From an uncultured Planctomycetales bacterium (GTDB lineage Bacteria > Planctomycetota > MHYJ01 > JACPRB01), in assembly GCA_964526305.1 (NCBI GenBank), contig CAZGKV010000003.1, positions 3,451 through 67,450 on the forward strand: a DNA stretch of 64,000 bases, given 5' to 3'. Both the position numbers and the translations under genes were made by a program. The notes beneath the pieces were generated by a model. That model searched no databases. It worked only from the letters and a program-made list of their open reading frames with translations, and had not been told where the DNA came from. Shown piece by piece: positions 28,100 to 37,630 of the stretch. Positions within the stretch are counted from its first letter, which is position 1; each line of letters opens with the position of its first letter.

Positions 28100-29035
28100 A
28101 TGGTCACCGCCACCGCAGCCCAAACCGTTCTCCTCACGGGGAGCGAGACTCCGATGGGAAGGCTCGTTCTCAAGCGGCTGGGGGCGGCCCCGGCCATCGG
28201 GCGAATCCTGACGGCCGGCACCGGCCAACCCGCGCGCGGGAAGAAGGTCAAGCACCTCAAGGTGCCTTGGGAGAGCGAGAAAATCATCGAGCCGGTGCGC
28301 CGCGAGAAGGCGGAGACGATCGTTCACCTCGGAGCTTTCGCGGGCCGAGCCCGCGATGACGCGTCGTTCGAGAAAAGCGTGCTCGGAACGATGACCCTTC
28401 TCTCCGCCGCCGTCGAGGCCGGAGTTCGGAACGTGATCTTGACCTCGAGCTACTTGGTGTACGGCGCCCACTACAACAACCCGAACTTCCTTCCGGAGTC
28501 CCGTCGCGTCCGCCTCGGCGGGCGAACCCAGGGCGCGAAAGATGCCGCCGAGATCGAGCGCCACGTACAGGAGTTCCTCCGCCACTACACGAGCCTGCGG
28601 TTGGCGATCCTCCGGCTGGCGCCCGTCGTCGGCCCGACCGTCGATTCTTCCTTCATGCGGTATCTGTCTCAGGACTCGTGTCCGGCCCTTCTCGGATACG
28701 ACCCGCTCGTCCAGCTCCTCCACGAGGAGGACGCCGCGGACGCTCTCGTCGCCGCCGCGGAATCCGACGTCTCGGGGGCCGTGAACATCGCCCCCGACGG
28801 AGTCGTCCCTCTCCTCAAGATCCTCCGTTTCCTCCGCAAGGATATCGTCGTCGTTCCGTACTTCCCGATGAGGCTCAGCGAGCAGCTCCTGGCCGCGCTC
28901 AAGACTCTGCCCTTCGACGCCTCGTATCTTCGATTCTCCGCCTGTCTGGACACCGATCGAATGGCGGAGGAGATGGGATTCCGACCGAAACGTTCCTCGA
29001 CGGAGGCGCTCCGTGCGCTTAGAGAAGGCGCTTAA
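28100..29035 (+). CDS. NAD-dependent epimerase/dehydratase (extended SDR family)
   Basis: N-terminal VLLTGSETPMGRLVLKRL Rossmann glycine motif; YxxxK-region sequence SSYLVYG. Confidence 0.7.
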   Translation: MVTATAAQTVLLTGSETPMGRLVLKRLGAAPAIGRILTAGTGQPARGKKVKHLKVPWESEKIIEPVRREKAETIVHLGAFAGRARDDASFEKSVLGTMTLLSAAVEAGVRNVILTSSYLVYGAHYNNPNFLPESRRVRLGGRTQGAKDAAEIERHVQEFLRHYTSLRLAILRLAPVVGPTVDSSFMRYLSQDSCPALLGYDPLVQLLHEEDAADALVAAAESDVSGAVNIAPDGVVPLLKILRFLRKDIVVVPYFPMRLSEQLLAALKTLPFDASYLRFSACLDTDRMAEEMGFRPKRSSTEALRALREGA

Positions 29036-30059
29036 CCCCTCGCTCCTCGCAGAGGCGCTCGAAGAGGCGCGCGATCGGCTGGGCGACGTCCTCGCCGCGT
29101 TCACCTCGGGGGACGGCGCGGCTTTGACTCGCGAGTTCAAGTCCGAGGACTTCCTTGCGCAGCTCGCCGGCGGCTTGAAAAAGCTGGGGCAAGTCGACGT
29201 CGAGACGCTCAAGGCGTTACGATTCGTCGTCCAGGCCACGATCGACAGCTACAAGGAAAGCCTCGACCGCCGACTCAAGGGCCAGTACGACGTCGACGAA
29301 TTCGGCCTCGACGAGGAATTCCTCGACCTCGTGCGCCCGCTCTTCGCCTTCCTCTACAAGAAGTGGTGGCGGGTGACGTCGCACGGGATCGAGAACATCC
29401 CCACCGATGGGGCGGCGCTCCTCGCGGCGAACCACTCGGGGAATCTCCCCTGGGACGGCGCGATGATCGCCTACACGATCTACAATGAGCTCACGCCGCC
29501 CCGAATCGCTCGTACCCTCTACCACGACTGGTTCACGCAGATCCCGTTCGTGGCTCCGTTCCTCGCCCGGACCGGCGCGGTGCACGCGGCGCCCGAGAAC
29601 GCCGAGCGCCTTCTCCGAAGCGGACAGCTCACCGCAGTGTTTCCCGAGGGAATCAAGGGAGTCGGCAAGCTTTTCAAGAACCGCTACCAACTGGCGCGCT
29701 TCGGCCGCGGCGGATTCGTGAAGGTCGCGATCCGCGCCAAGGCGCCGATCATCCCGGTCTCCGTCGTGGGCGGGGAGGAGATCTACCCCACGATCGCGCG
29801 GGCGGACTGGGTCGGCAAGCCCATCGGCGCGCCCTTCTTTCCCGTGACGCCCTTCTGGCCCTGGTTCGGCCTCCTCGGTCTCGTCCCGCTCCCGTCCAAG
29901 TGGTCGATCCATTTCGGAAAGCCCATCCCCACGGCGGAGTACTCCGATCGGGACGCGGAAAACTTCCTCGTCGTGCAGAGGCTCACCCATCGGGTCCGCG
30001 ACGAAATCCAGGAAACCCTTCAGAAGGCCGTGCTGAGAAGGAAGTCGATTTTTTTCTAG
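29013..30059 (+). CDS. lysophospholipid/glycerol-3-phosphate-type acyltransferase (PlsC/LPLAT family)
   Basis: HxxxxD motif NHSGNLPWD, FPEGIKG block, and PIIPVSVVG block. Confidence 0.7.
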   Translation: MRLEKALNPSLLAEALEEARDRLGDVLAAFTSGDGAALTREFKSEDFLAQLAGGLKKLGQVDVETLKALRFVVQATIDSYKESLDRRLKGQYDVDEFGLDEEFLDLVRPLFAFLYKKWWRVTSHGIENIPTDGAALLAANHSGNLPWDGAMIAYTIYNELTPPRIARTLYHDWFTQIPFVAPFLARTGAVHAAPENAERLLRSGQLTAVFPEGIKGVGKLFKNRYQLARFGRGGFVKVAIRAKAPIIPVSVVGGEEIYPTIARADWVGKPIGAPFFPVTPFWPWFGLLGLVPLPSKWSIHFGKPIPTAEYSDRDAENFLVVQRLTHRVRDEIQETLQKAVLRRKSIFF

Positions 30060-30118
30060 GCTCGAGGAACGCGCGGTTTCGAGCTAGGACCCGGGCGCTC
30101 CCGGGGTAGAATCTCTTC

Positions 30119-31693
30119 ATGACTATCCTGCTTCGCGCCCTCCCCGCGCTCCTTCTCCTCGCCGGCTCTCTCGATGCTCAGAACGAATCCGCCTCGGAGG
30201 AGGCTCTCAAAGAGGAAGCCGCCCGCCTCCCGGTCCTTCGCGAAGCCCTGCGCCGAACGGCGCTCATCCTCGTCCAAAACGGACAGAAGTGGATTCCCAT
30301 CGGGAGCGGCGGAGTGATTTCGCCCGAGGGCCACGTCGTCACGTGCGCCCACGTGGTCGAGGGAGGAAGGCAGGCCTTCCCGTCGGCCGAGTTCGCCGTC
30401 GTCCTCTCCGACGGAAAGCTCCACGAGGCGAAGCGGCTTGGGAAGAACTCGAACAACGACATCGCTCTCCTCAAGATCGAGGGGGAGAAACTCCCCTGCT
30501 TCGATCTCGCCGACGTGCGCCCCGCCAAGGACGAGTCCATCCTCGCCCTCGGCTACCCGGCCGGAAACGTCGGGATGTCGCAGGACTTCCGCGACGGCAC
30601 GCTGCCCCACGCCTCCGTGGCGCTCGGGCGCGTGCTCGATCCGAACCGGCGGTTCGTGATCCCGTCGGAGCACGGCTGGAAGTTCTATCCCGACTGCATC
30701 GAGAGCGACACGCCGATCTTCATGGGCAACAGCGGCGGACCCCTCGTCGACCTCCAGGGACGGCTCGTCGGATTGAACGCGGCCATCTCCAGCGCGGGAA
30801 AATCGTATACGCTCTCCGCCGCCTCGATCCTGAGCGCCCTGGACGAGATGAAGAAGGGCCGCGACGTCGAGGGCAAGCGCGTCGAGGACGGAATGAAGGG
30901 GGAGGATTACGGCCGAATCCTCGGCGACATTCTGGGATGGTCCGATCCTTCGGGCGGAGAACGCGAGTACCTCCGGCCGGGCTTCGCGCGCATGGCGGAG
31001 GCGCGAAAGTCCGGCGTCCTCCGGATCACCCGCGGGCGGGACACGGTCGGCCATGCCACGGTGCTCGACGCGGACGGGAATCTCGTCGCCGCTTCCGCCG
31101 CCCTGGACCGAAAGAGCGCGTGGGCGAAGGCGCTCGAGGCCATCGGCGAGCAACTCAAGAAAGACAAGGATCTCTGGAGCCTGTGGGAAGACGCGCGAAA
31201 ACTCCTCGGATTGGAGGAGGGGGTCGAAGTACGGCTTCCCTCCGGCAAGCGCGTGAAGGCCGAGGTCGTCCGGCGATCGGAGAAGCTCGGCGTGGTCCAT
31301 CTCAAGATCGACCCCTCGGGGGAAAAGCTCGTGCCCATCCCGGAGGCGGAGGCGGTGGGGATGGAACCGGGACGGTGGGTCGCAGTCCTGGGCGGGGGCG
31401 CGCTCCCGATTGCGGTCGGCCTTCTCTCCGCGCCGAAGCACACGATCGCCTCCGGCATGCGGATTCCGATGAGCTTCCAGGACTACATCGATGCGTGGGC
31501 GAACGACGAAGTCAAGCCGCGGGAGTTCGTGGACATCATTCTCTTCGACGCGCGGCTCGCTCCCCGCGAGCTGGGCGCGCCCCTTTGCGACGGCCGCGGA
31601 CGAATGATCGGAGTCGCGATCTTCCATCCCTCCCGGGGGACGACGTATGCGGTCCCGATCGGAGATCTCCGGAAGGAGTTCGGAGTGAAGTAG
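30119..31693 (+). CDS. secreted trypsin-like serine protease (S1, HtrA/DegP-like protease domain)
   Basis: Signal peptide. Catalytic triad context TCAHVV (His), NDIALLKI (Asp) and GNSGGPLVD (Ser). Confidence 0.8.
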   Translation: MTILLRALPALLLLAGSLDAQNESASEEALKEEAARLPVLREALRRTALILVQNGQKWIPIGSGGVISPEGHVVTCAHVVEGGRQAFPSAEFAVVLSDGKLHEAKRLGKNSNNDIALLKIEGEKLPCFDLADVRPAKDESILALGYPAGNVGMSQDFRDGTLPHASVALGRVLDPNRRFVIPSEHGWKFYPDCIESDTPIFMGNSGGPLVDLQGRLVGLNAAISSAGKSYTLSAASILSALDEMKKGRDVEGKRVEDGMKGEDYGRILGDILGWSDPSGGEREYLRPGFARMAEARKSGVLRITRGRDTVGHATVLDADGNLVAASAALDRKSAWAKALEAIGEQLKKDKDLWSLWEDARKLLGLEEGVEVRLPSGKRVKAEVVRRSEKLGVVHLKIDPSGEKLVPIPEAEAVGMEPGRWVAVLGGGALPIAVGLLSAPKHTIASGMRIPMSFQDYIDAWANDEVKPREFVDIILFDARLAPRELGAPLCDGRGRMIGVAIFHPSRGTTYAVPIGDLRKEFGVK

Positions 31694-31741
31694 GGGGCGT
31701 GCGACGCCCGATGGACCGAACGCCGCACGCCGCCTAACCGG

Positions 31742-33985
31742 CTATCGGAGAGCCAGGGAATGCTCTCCTCCTGCCGCGATCGCGCGCACGGAGCCCGCGA
31801 TCGGCACGGTCACGGGTGAGAGTCGATTCTCCGCGGTTCCATCCCCGAGCTGGCCGGAGCTGTTCCGACCCCACGCCCGAACGCTCCCGTCCGTTCGCAG
31901 CGCCAATACATGCCACTGGCCCGCCGCGATCGCGCTCACCCCATCGAGCCCCGATACGGCCGTCGGCAACGAGCGGTCGACGGTCGAGCCGTCCCCGAGT
32001 TGGCCATAGTGGTTCTTGCCCCACGTCCACACGGTGCCGTCGAAGCGGACCGCCGCGGAGAAGTGCGTACCGAGAGCCAAGGCGATGACCTTCGAGATTC
32101 CCGAAACCGCCGTCGGCACGGTCCGGTTGATCGTGGTGCCGTCTCCGAGCTGTCCGTTGCCGTTGAGCCCCCAAGCATAGATCGTTCCGTCCGAGAGAAT
32201 CGCCATGCTGTGATACGGACCCGCCGCGATGGAGACCACCCCGCCGAGGCCCGGGATCACTGCGGGTACGAGACGATTCGTGGTGGTCCCGTCCCCGAGT
32301 TGACCGTAGACGTTGTAGCCCCAGCTCCAGACGGTGCCGTCGGAGCGGAGCGCGAGCGTATGGAAAAGGCCCGAAGTGACTGAGGTAACCCCCGAGAGAC
32401 CCGCCGCGGTCACGGGAACCGTGGAATCGAGGCCGGATCCGTCTCCCAACTGACCGTAGGTATTCGACCCCCAACTCAGGATCGTTCCATCGCTCAAAAG
32501 CGCGGCGGCGTACGTGAACCCCGGAGCCACGGCTTGAACCGGAGGAAGATTCGGGATCGCTTCGAACGAGGAGTGAGCCGCGCTCGCCGAGATCCCGAGC
32601 TGTGCGAAATCATTCGCCCCGCAACCGTGAACGGATCCGTTGGTAAACCGAACGAAGGAGTTGCTAAGGGAGCCCTGAATGGAAGAGACGATCGTCGCGT
32701 CCACGCCGTCGAGAACCTTAGGTGCGGTTTGTTTCACCTCCCGGCGAAGTCCTAATTGCCCGTCCGCGTCGCTTCCCCAGGATCGTACGATCCCGTCGGA
32801 ATCGAGGGCGACCGAGTGGCTCATCCCGGCCGCGATGCGTTGAAGACCCGAAGGCGCGATGACGGGAACGGGCACGAGAGCGTCGCTCTCTTGGGAGTTT
32901 CCGAGCTGTCCATACCGGCCATATCCGCACGCGACCGCATTGCCTCCGGTCCGAAGAACGATCGTGTGCATCCCTCCCGCCACGACCGCCGTCGCATCGG
33001 TAATATAGTCAAGCCCCGTATCATCGCGCATCTGCGCCGGGGTCGTCCGGTTGAAAATGTCGCCCACCCCCAGACGCCCGCTCCCGTTGTTGCCCCAGAC
33101 CCAAACCGTTCCATCGTTTCGAAGAGTGACCGAGTGGATGTAGCCTCCCGCGATCGCCGTCACGTTCGAGAGGCCCGGCACGGTGATCGGATCGGGATTC
33201 GGCGTCTCGCCGGTCGCCGCGCCGTTGCCGAGCTGGGAATACCGATTCCATCCCCACGCCTTGACGGTTCCGTCCGAAAGCAGCGCCAACGAGTGGCTCC
33301 CGCCGGCCGCGATGGCGAGCACGTTGGAGAGAACGGAGATCTGGACCGGTTGGTTGCGATTCGAGGTCGTCCCGTCTCCGAGCTGGCCGTAGTTGTTTCG
33401 GCCCCAGACCCAGATCGTTCCGTCGGAGCGAAGGGCGAGGGAGTGAGCTCCCCCCGCCGCGACGGCGATCACACCGGAGAGGCCGGTGACCGGCACCGGG
33501 GTAGAGGAGTCGTTTGCCGTTCCGTCCCCGAGTTGACCCAAGAGGTTGTACCCCCAGGCGACCACAGTACCGTCGCTCTTCAGGGCCAACGCGTGAGAGC
33601 TTCCCGCGGAGACGGTCACGATTCCCGTCGTTCCGGAAACTGCGGCGGCCCGACCGTCCGCCGTCAGCCCGCTCCCGGTCCCGAGTTGTCCTTTGTTGTT
33701 GAAGCCCCAGCTTCTCACCGTTCCGTCGCTGAGGAGCGCCAGGGTGAAATGATCGCCGCTCGAGATCGAGGTCACTCCGGAGAGATCGGTGAGCGAGACC
33801 GGGGCCGCCCGGAAGGTGAGACTTCCGAACCCCAGTTGGCCGTACCGATCCGAGCCCCAGGAGAGAACGGCCGGTGCGGGAGTTTCGGCCGCGGTGGAGC
33901 TATCGTCCCCTCCACCTCCCCCGCCGCCACCGCCGCAGGCGCCCAAGAGTGCCACGAGAAGAAAAGCGCCGCTCGATCGTTTCAT
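31742..33985 (-). CDS. lipoprotein with RCC1 (regulator of chromosome condensation)-type beta-propeller repeats
   Basis: Lipobox LGAC plus poly-Gly linker. At least 12 repeats of ...G.N.YGQLGDGT...P..V....V..IAAG..HSLAL..DG.V..WG. Confidence 0.8.
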   Translation of the reverse strand: MKRSSGAFLLVALLGACGGGGGGGGGDDSSTAAETPAPAVLSWGSDRYGQLGFGSLTFRAAPVSLTDLSGVTSISSGDHFTLALLSDGTVRSWGFNNKGQLGTGSGLTADGRAAAVSGTTGIVTVSAGSSHALALKSDGTVVAWGYNLLGQLGDGTANDSSTPVPVTGLSGVIAVAAGGAHSLALRSDGTIWVWGRNNYGQLGDGTTSNRNQPVQISVLSNVLAIAAGGSHSLALLSDGTVKAWGWNRYSQLGNGAATGETPNPDPITVPGLSNVTAIAGGYIHSVTLRNDGTVWVWGNNGSGRLGVGDIFNRTTPAQMRDDTGLDYITDATAVVAGGMHTIVLRTGGNAVACGYGRYGQLGNSQESDALVPVPVIAPSGLQRIAAGMSHSVALDSDGIVRSWGSDADGQLGLRREVKQTAPKVLDGVDATIVSSIQGSLSNSFVRFTNGSVHGCGANDFAQLGISASAAHSSFEAIPNLPPVQAVAPGFTYAAALLSDGTILSWGSNTYGQLGDGSGLDSTVPVTAAGLSGVTSVTSGLFHTLALRSDGTVWSWGYNVYGQLGDGTTTNRLVPAVIPGLGGVVSIAAGPYHSMAILSDGTIYAWGLNGNGQLGDGTTINRTVPTAVSGISKVIALALGTHFSAAVRFDGTVWTWGKNHYGQLGDGSTVDRSLPTAVSGLDGVSAIAAGQWHVLALRTDGSVRAWGRNSSGQLGDGTAENRLSPVTVPIAGSVRAIAAGGEHSLALR

Positions 33986-34063
33986 CCGATCCTCCGTTTC
34001 CGCGCAGGGACGCTTCCTTATCTGCGCTCGGGTACGGGCCTCGGAGGAAAATGTGAACCCGGC

Positions 34064-37000
34064 TCAATTCCCGCGGCGCCGGAGCTTTTTCCGCACCCGC
34101 TGCAGGTCTTTCTGAGTGCCGGCGCGATACGACCAATCCGGGGAGGCGCACTCCAGCGCCCGCTCGTAGTCTCGAACCGCCCCGGACAGGTCGCCGAGCG
34201 AATACCGTGCATTGCCGCGATTCCGCCAGGTCTCGGGGTCCCTCGGTTTGAGAACCAGCGCCTGGGTGTAGTCGGCCAAGGCACCGAGTTGGTCTCCGAG
34301 TTTCCGCCTGGCGTTTCCGCGCATGTACCAGGCTGGGGCATGCGTGGGAAAGACCCGGAGCGCGTCGGCGAAATCGGCACAGGCGCCGATCCGATCTCCG
34401 ACAGCCGCACGGCTGGAGCCCCGTCGGGTGAAGGACTCCTCCATCGTAGGCTTCGCGTCGAGGGCGCGCGTGAATTCCTGAATCGCGCTGGAGTGATTCC
34501 CGGCGGCCTGGAGAACGAATCCACGCGCGTATCGGGCGCCGGGATGGTGGGGGTCTAGGAGGAGCGCCTGGGACGCATCTGCAAGACCCCCCGCCACGTC
34601 GTTCGACGCCAGCCTCAGGTGGGCTCGTCGATTCCATGTCGCGGACTTCCAAGGTTCGCTCCGCAGCGAGGAAGTGTACTCCGCCACGGCGGCGCGGAAG
34701 TTCCCTGTCTTGCCCAGGATCTCGCCGCGCGCGAAATGCGCCCCAGCGTGTCCGGGCTCGACCTTCAAGAACTCCGCGTAGTCGGTCAATGCGGCTTCGA
34801 AATCGCGGATCTCCTTTCGGACACCGGCTCGATTCAATAGAGCCGTCGGATGGCCTGGTTGGACTCCCAGAGCTCGAGTCTGGTCCTCCAAAGATCCCAG
34901 GAGATCTCCCTTCCGTCGACGAACGATACCTCGATTGACGTAGGCCTCCACGAATTCGGGACGGAGGCGGAGCACCTCGGTGAAGTCGACGATCGCCTCT
35001 TCGAACTTCCCCAGATCTCCCCGCACAATTCCCCGATTGTAAAGGACGTCGCAGTCCGCGCCGTCCATCCTGAGAACTTCCGTGAAGTCCGCCTCCGCCC
35101 GTTTCCATTCTTGAAGGCCGTGCAGAAGGGTTCCGCGATTCAGGAGCGCCGGCCGGTATTGGGGAAAGACCTCCAGTGCGGCCGAGTAGTCGGCGAGAGC
35201 CCGTCCGGATTCCCCTTGCTGCGCCCGCATCGCTCCGCGGAGGAACCGCCCCCACGGATAATGAGGTCGCCTCCGAAGGGCTTGGTTCAGCAACTCAAAG
35301 GCCGCCGGGGAATTCTGGTCGGCGGCGGCGAGAAGGCATTGGAATTCCTCCACTCCGAGCAGGGAAGGAAAACGCTCCATGCCCTCTTGACAGAGAGCTT
35401 GTACGCCTTCCCGGGTCCCGTCCACCATCGCAAGATGAGCCCGCGCCAGATGGCGCTCCAGTTCCGTCGATCCCTCCCACCCCCCGGCCGCAAGCCGGAG
35501 GGACTGTTGCGCCTGAGCGTTTAGCCGGCGAGAACTCTTGATTCGTTCCTGAGCCTCGCGAGGCGAGCCTACCAGCGTCGAGAAGGCCAGCTCCAGATAG
35601 ACCCGGCCGAGGTACGCATGAATCCGCGCATCCGTGGGGACAAGCTCCGCCGCGCGAAGGAGCGCTTGCTCGGCTCGAGTGAGGTTCCCCACGACATACC
35701 ATCCGGTCCCCAGAGTCGTCCACACGTCAGGGTGGCGGGCAAAGGCCGGATCGGCCGCAACCGGTTCGAGTTCTTCCAAGGCTCGCTCGAGGGGTCCCAG
35801 GCGGGCCCGAATGTCGATGTCCGGGATATAGAAGCCCTGCCGGGTTTCTTCGATCTTGCGTTCCAGCGGGCGAATCCGTTGCGCCTGCAAGTCGAGAAAG
35901 CGTCGGCGATCCCTCTCTTTGGTCTCCATCTCCCTGCGCAGCTGCTCCAGCCGAAGATCGCGCCTCCGAGAAATCTCCCTAAGCCCCACCCCCGCGATGA
36001 TCGCGGCCAAGAGAACGGTCCCGAGGATTGCCATGATCCCCGGCCTCCGCGCCAATCGCTTCTTGATCCGGTACGACCAACTCGGAGGTCTCGCAAGAAT
36101 CGGCTCGCCTCTTCGAGCCCGCGCCAAGTCCTCGGCAAAACCGCCCGCGTCCGCGTACCGCCGGATACGCTCCTTGCAGAGCGCCTTGAGACAGATCACC
36201 TCCAGGTCGCGCGAGACGTCGCGCCCGCAAAGGGAGGGTCTCACCGGATCGGATTTCAGAATGCGGAGGAAGAGTTCGGGAGGGGTCGTCCCCGAAAACG
36301 GCGGATGGCCCGTCAAGATCTCGTAGAGCATCACCCCGAGCGAAAAAACGTCGGATCGCGAGTCGGTCTCCGCGGTTCTCCCTTCCACCTGTTCCGGCGA
36401 CATGTACTGCGGAGTCCCCATGAGCCCGTGGGTTCGGGTGAGTCTGGTCGCAAAGCTCTTGGCCTTGGCTAAGCCGAAGTCCGTCAGCATCACCCGCCCG
36501 CCCTGCTCGACGAGGACGTTTCCCGGCTTGAGATCCCGGTGAACGACTCCCCGGGCGTGGGCGTAGGCGACGCCGAGCGAGACTTCTTCGAGCATCCGAA
36601 GCAGTTCCCTCCGGGGAGTTCTCCCGCGCGCCACGAGATCCGCGAGCGTCTCCCCTTCGACGAAGTCCATCACGATGAAGTGGGTGGGGCGGCCCTGCCC
36701 ATCGGGAGCGACGCCCACCTCGTGGACCGCGACGATGTTCGGATGGCGAAGCTGCGCGGCGATCGCCGCTTCCCGATGGAGACGCCTCAGGGTCTCCGGA
36801 TCCGCTTCCCCATCCCGAAGAACCTTGAGCGCGACCCTGCGTCGGAGGTCGGTGTCCGTCGCCTCATGGACGATCCCCATCCCGCCTCTGGCCACCTCCC
36901 GGACGAGGACATAGCGTCCCAAGCGATTCGCCAGAGGCGTGGGTGGGGCGTGGAGCCGGTCGAGGATTTCCAGGTAGTGCTGCGGCGAAAGAAACCCGCG

Positions 37001-37183
37001 GCGGAGAAGGATTTCGCTCAACCGTACGGCTTCTCCAAGCCGTCGTCGTTCCTCGAGGCAGGATTCGAGCTCCTCGACCGTGACGGCCGCTTCCGCCAAG
37101 ATCGCGCGTTCGAACGCCTCTTCGTCGGCATCCCGGTAGGCGTTCCGAAGCAAGTATCGATACGGTTCAGGCAAGGAGACCAT
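34064..37183 (-). CDS. Ser/Thr protein kinase with TM segment and extensive C-terminal TPR array
   Basis: Kinase motifs (GGMGIVHEA, HRDLKPGN, DFG, SPE); TM helix IMAILGTVLLAAIIAGVGL; at least 12 TPR units. Paralog of the gene at 39055. Confidence 0.85.
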   Translation of the reverse strand: MVSLPEPYRYLLRNAYRDADEEAFERAILAEAAVTVEELESCLEERRRLGEAVRLSEILLRRGFLSPQHYLEILDRLHAPPTPLANRLGRYVLVREVARGGMGIVHEATDTDLRRRVALKVLRDGEADPETLRRLHREAAIAAQLRHPNIVAVHEVGVAPDGQGRPTHFIVMDFVEGETLADLVARGRTPRRELLRMLEEVSLGVAYAHARGVVHRDLKPGNVLVEQGGRVMLTDFGLAKAKSFATRLTRTHGLMGTPQYMSPEQVEGRTAETDSRSDVFSLGVMLYEILTGHPPFSGTTPPELFLRILKSDPVRPSLCGRDVSRDLEVICLKALCKERIRRYADAGGFAEDLARARRGEPILARPPSWSYRIKKRLARRPGIMAILGTVLLAAIIAGVGLREISRRRDLRLEQLRREMETKERDRRRFLDLQAQRIRPLERKIEETRQGFYIPDIDIRARLGPLERALEELEPVAADPAFARHPDVWTTLGTGWYVVGNLTRAEQALLRAAELVPTDARIHAYLGRVYLELAFSTLVGSPREAQERIKSSRRLNAQAQQSLRLAAGGWEGSTELERHLARAHLAMVDGTREGVQALCQEGMERFPSLLGVEEFQCLLAAADQNSPAAFELLNQALRRRPHYPWGRFLRGAMRAQQGESGRALADYSAALEVFPQYRPALLNRGTLLHGLQEWKRAEADFTEVLRMDGADCDVLYNRGIVRGDLGKFEEAIVDFTEVLRLRPEFVEAYVNRGIVRRRKGDLLGSLEDQTRALGVQPGHPTALLNRAGVRKEIRDFEAALTDYAEFLKVEPGHAGAHFARGEILGKTGNFRAAVAEYTSSLRSEPWKSATWNRRAHLRLASNDVAGGLADASQALLLDPHHPGARYARGFVLQAAGNHSSAIQEFTRALDAKPTMEESFTRRGSSRAAVGDRIGACADFADALRVFPTHAPAWYMRGNARRKLGDQLGALADYTQALVLKPRDPETWRNRGNARYSLGDLSGAVRDYERALECASPDWSYRAGTQKDLQRVRKKLRRRGN

Positions 37184-37240
37184 CGGGACTCCAGACGCCG
37201 TCTTGTCTGCGCTTGCGGGGGAATCCAGAGAGAGATTCGC

Positions 37241-37573
37241 CTACGGGCGGGTCTGGTCGAGTAACGACGACGGCCGCGCCGCTTCTTCCCTGACGATTCT
37301 CGTGTACGCCTCCACCGCCGTCCTCCCTCGGTACGGCCGCGATCCCGTCAGGATCTCGTACGGCATCACCCCCAACGCGTGCACGTCCGTCCTCGCATCC
37401 ACCTCCCTCACCCGCCCGGACTTCCCCGACCGCCGACACTCTTCCTGCGCCGCCTCGATCTCCTCCGCCGACAGCCCTGCGATCCGCCGGGCCGCTTCGG
37501 CGGACTTTTCCACCGACGCGATTCCCCACGCATTGGACAGAAGGTTGCGATGGGCAGAGGGAAGTAAAACCAT
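37241..37573 (-). pseudogene. Ser/Thr kinase gene fragment: N-terminus of the 39055-42174 paralog joined to part of its kinase C-lobe, then truncated
   Basis: MVLLPSAHRNLLSNAWGIASVEKSAEAARRIAGLSAEEIEAAQEECRR matches residues 23-70 of the downstream kinase. GRVREVDARTDVHALGVM.YEILTGS.P.RGRTAVE.YT.IVREE.ARPSSL matches its residues ~280-330. About 225 aa are deleted internally and the reading frame is lost after SSL. Confidence 0.55.
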
Positions 37574-37630
37574 AAGATAGGAATCAATATGCCCGAATTC
37601 GGGAAAATCGGATCCTGAGACTTCTCATCG

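Noticed and set aside
26702-29239. 845-aa minus-strand ORF
   Set aside because: It is antisense to three plus-strand genes that have clear family motifs (epimerase, acyltransferase) and RBSs. Its translation is low-complexity and R/G/P-rich, as expected for a spurious ORF in GC-rich DNA.
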